Assembly: GCA_043228905.1 (NCBI GenBank)
Contig: JBHGNT010000080.1
Span: 1-64,000 of the forward strand
Length of the DNA stretch: 64,000 nt
Direction of reading: 5' to 3'
DNA from: Azolla caroliniana
Lineage: Eukaryota > Plantae > Polypodiophyta
The position numbers and the translations under genes are program-made. Shown piece by piece: positions 62,441 to 64,000 of the stretch (the stretch's first letter is position 1; each line of letters starts with the position of its first letter). Under the pieces are notes generated by a model. That model saw only the letters and a program-made list of their open reading frames with translations. It did no database searches and was not told the origin of the DNA.

Positions 62441-64000
62441 ATGAGCAAGGACAGTGTTCAAAGTATTTTGATGTTGTTGAAATGTTGTACCAGAGAGAAG
62501 GATCTATGTAAAGGTCACAGAATGCACGAGGATATCCTTAAGAGGGGATTGCTGAAGAAGAGCGTTTACATAGGAACAGCCTTAGTGGATTTGTATGCTA
62601 AATGTGGTGCTCTTTCCAAAGCACAACTCGTCTTTGATGAGCTCCCAACTCAGAATGTGGTCTCATGGACGGCCCTCATTGGAGGGTATGCTCAATATGG
62701 ACATGGGGAAAAAGCTCTCTGTTGCTTTGAGAAGATGCAACAAAAGGGGTTGTCCCCTGATGCACTCACCTATGTTTGCATTCTGAAAGCTTGTAGTAGC
62801 ATTAAAGATGCTCAAAAGGGAAGCGAGATTCATGCAGAAATTGTGAAACATGGGATGTTGGGAAATGACAGTGTGCTTGGCACTGCATTAGTCGATATGT
62901 ATGTGAAATGTGGTGCATTTGCAAAGGCACAGCAAGTGTTTGATGTGCTTCCAATCCGAAATATAGTATCTTGGAATGTGCTGATTTCAGGATATTGCCA
63001 GCATGGCCATTGCGAAGAAGCATTGAGGTGTTTCCAGAAAATGCGATGTCACGGGGTTTCTCCCAATTCAATCACATTTGCTTGCGTCCTAAAAGCCTGT
63101 GGCAACCTTGGAGCAGTGGAGAAGGGTAAAAACATCCATCAAGAGATTCTTAGGGAAGGATATCTCGAAAATGATAGTATGCTGGGAAATGCATTGGTGG
63201 AAATGTATGCGAAATGTGGTGATCTTGCAAAGGCACAAGACGTGTTTGATAATCTCAATGTATGGGATGTAATTGGCTTTACTTCATTGATCACTGGATA
63301 TGACCAACATGGATATGGTGACAAAGCTCTCAAATGCTTTGAACAGATGCGAAGCAAAGGCCTCTCCCCTGATGCAATGACCTTTACTTGCATCCTGAAA
63401 GCCTGTGGCAGCATGGGAGCTACTGAGATGGGCAGAGAAATCCATGCTGATATTGTCAAAGAAGGACTGCTGGTGCATGATAGTGTCCTCGGAAATGCAT
63501 TAGTGAATATGTATGCCAAGTGTGGCGCGCTTGCAATGGCACAACAAGTGTTTGATGAGATATCGATGCGGGACATAGTCTCGTGGACTTCTCTAATTTC
63601 AGGCTATGGAAAGCATGGGCATGGTGAGGAGACATTAAACTGTTTCCAAAGAATGCAACTTGAGGGTCTCTATCCGAATACGGTGACCTTTGCGTGCTTA
63701 TTGCAAACTTGTGGAAGCTTAGGTGCAATGGAGAAAGGTAAAGAAATACATGCTGAGCTTGTGAAGGAGGGACTCCTGGGAAAAGACACTATGCTTGGCA
63801 ATGCATTGGTGGACATGTACTCCAAATGTGGAGCAATTGTGAAAGCTGAAGAAGTATTTCACAAGCTTCCTATTCGGGGTGTTGTTGCCTGGACTGCATT
63901 AATTGCTGGATATTCCCAAATGGGAAGATATGATGCTGTTTTCAACTCCTTAAACAAAATGATAGGAGAAGGTATTGAGCCAAACATGATTACATTCCTT
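62441..64000 (+). CDS. PLS-class pentatricopeptide repeat protein (organellar RNA-editing factor type), intronless, 3'-partial
   Basis: Open frame of 520 codons from ATG 62441 to the window end, so absent from the ORF track. About 5 P-L-S triplets of 102 aa: ALVDMYAKCG..AQQVFD..NVVSWTALI.GY..HG..AL.CF..M...G.SPD..TF.C.LKAC. Confidence 0.93.
   Translation, partial: MSKDSVQSILMLLKCCTREKDLCKGHRMHEDILKRGLLKKSVYIGTALVDLYAKCGALSKAQLVFDELPTQNVVSWTALIGGYAQYGHGEKALCCFEKMQQKGLSPDALTYVCILKACSSIKDAQKGSEIHAEIVKHGMLGNDSVLGTALVDMYVKCGAFAKAQQVFDVLPIRNIVSWNVLISGYCQHGHCEEALRCFQKMRCHGVSPNSITFACVLKACGNLGAVEKGKNIHQEILREGYLENDSMLGNALVEMYAKCGDLAKAQDVFDNLNVWDVIGFTSLITGYDQHGYGDKALKCFEQMRSKGLSPDAMTFTCILKACGSMGATEMGREIHADIVKEGLLVHDSVLGNALVNMYAKCGALAMAQQVFDEISMRDIVSWTSLISGYGKHGHGEETLNCFQRMQLEGLYPNTVTFACLLQTCGSLGAMEKGKEIHAELVKEGLLGKDTMLGNALVDMYSKCGAIVKAEEVFHKLPIRGVVAWTALIAGYSQMGRYDAVFNSLNKMIGEGIEPNMITFL

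Overview
Plant nuclear DNA, most likely a fern (inferred from the fern-type PLS-PPR, a Tcn1-like chromovirus and fungal-like Ty3/Gypsy elements). Host genes: the 3' part of an organellar leucyl-tRNA synthetase (+, 12 exons seen, with a 1-nt frameshift), a complete SF3a60/PRP9 splicing factor (-, 12 exons, 500 aa, one GC-AG intron), and the first three exons of a histidine phosphotransfer protein (AHP, +). An intronless PLS-PPR ORF follows AHP exon 3 on the same strand, apparently inside intron 3. The centre (19163-49498) is a nested LTR-retrotransposon cluster. A ~10-kb non-chromovirus Gypsy (A) hosts a chromovirus (B), which hosts a Copia (C). A also hosts a composite of a Gag-only element (D) and a related autonomous Gypsy (E), bounded by one GCGC duplication. 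The most unusual signal is an antisense tRNA-geometry A-box/B-box module with identical 32-nt spacing in the LTRs of B, D and E. B also looks self-priming, and B and E carry -1 frameshift cassettes. All counts and coordinates were read by eye.
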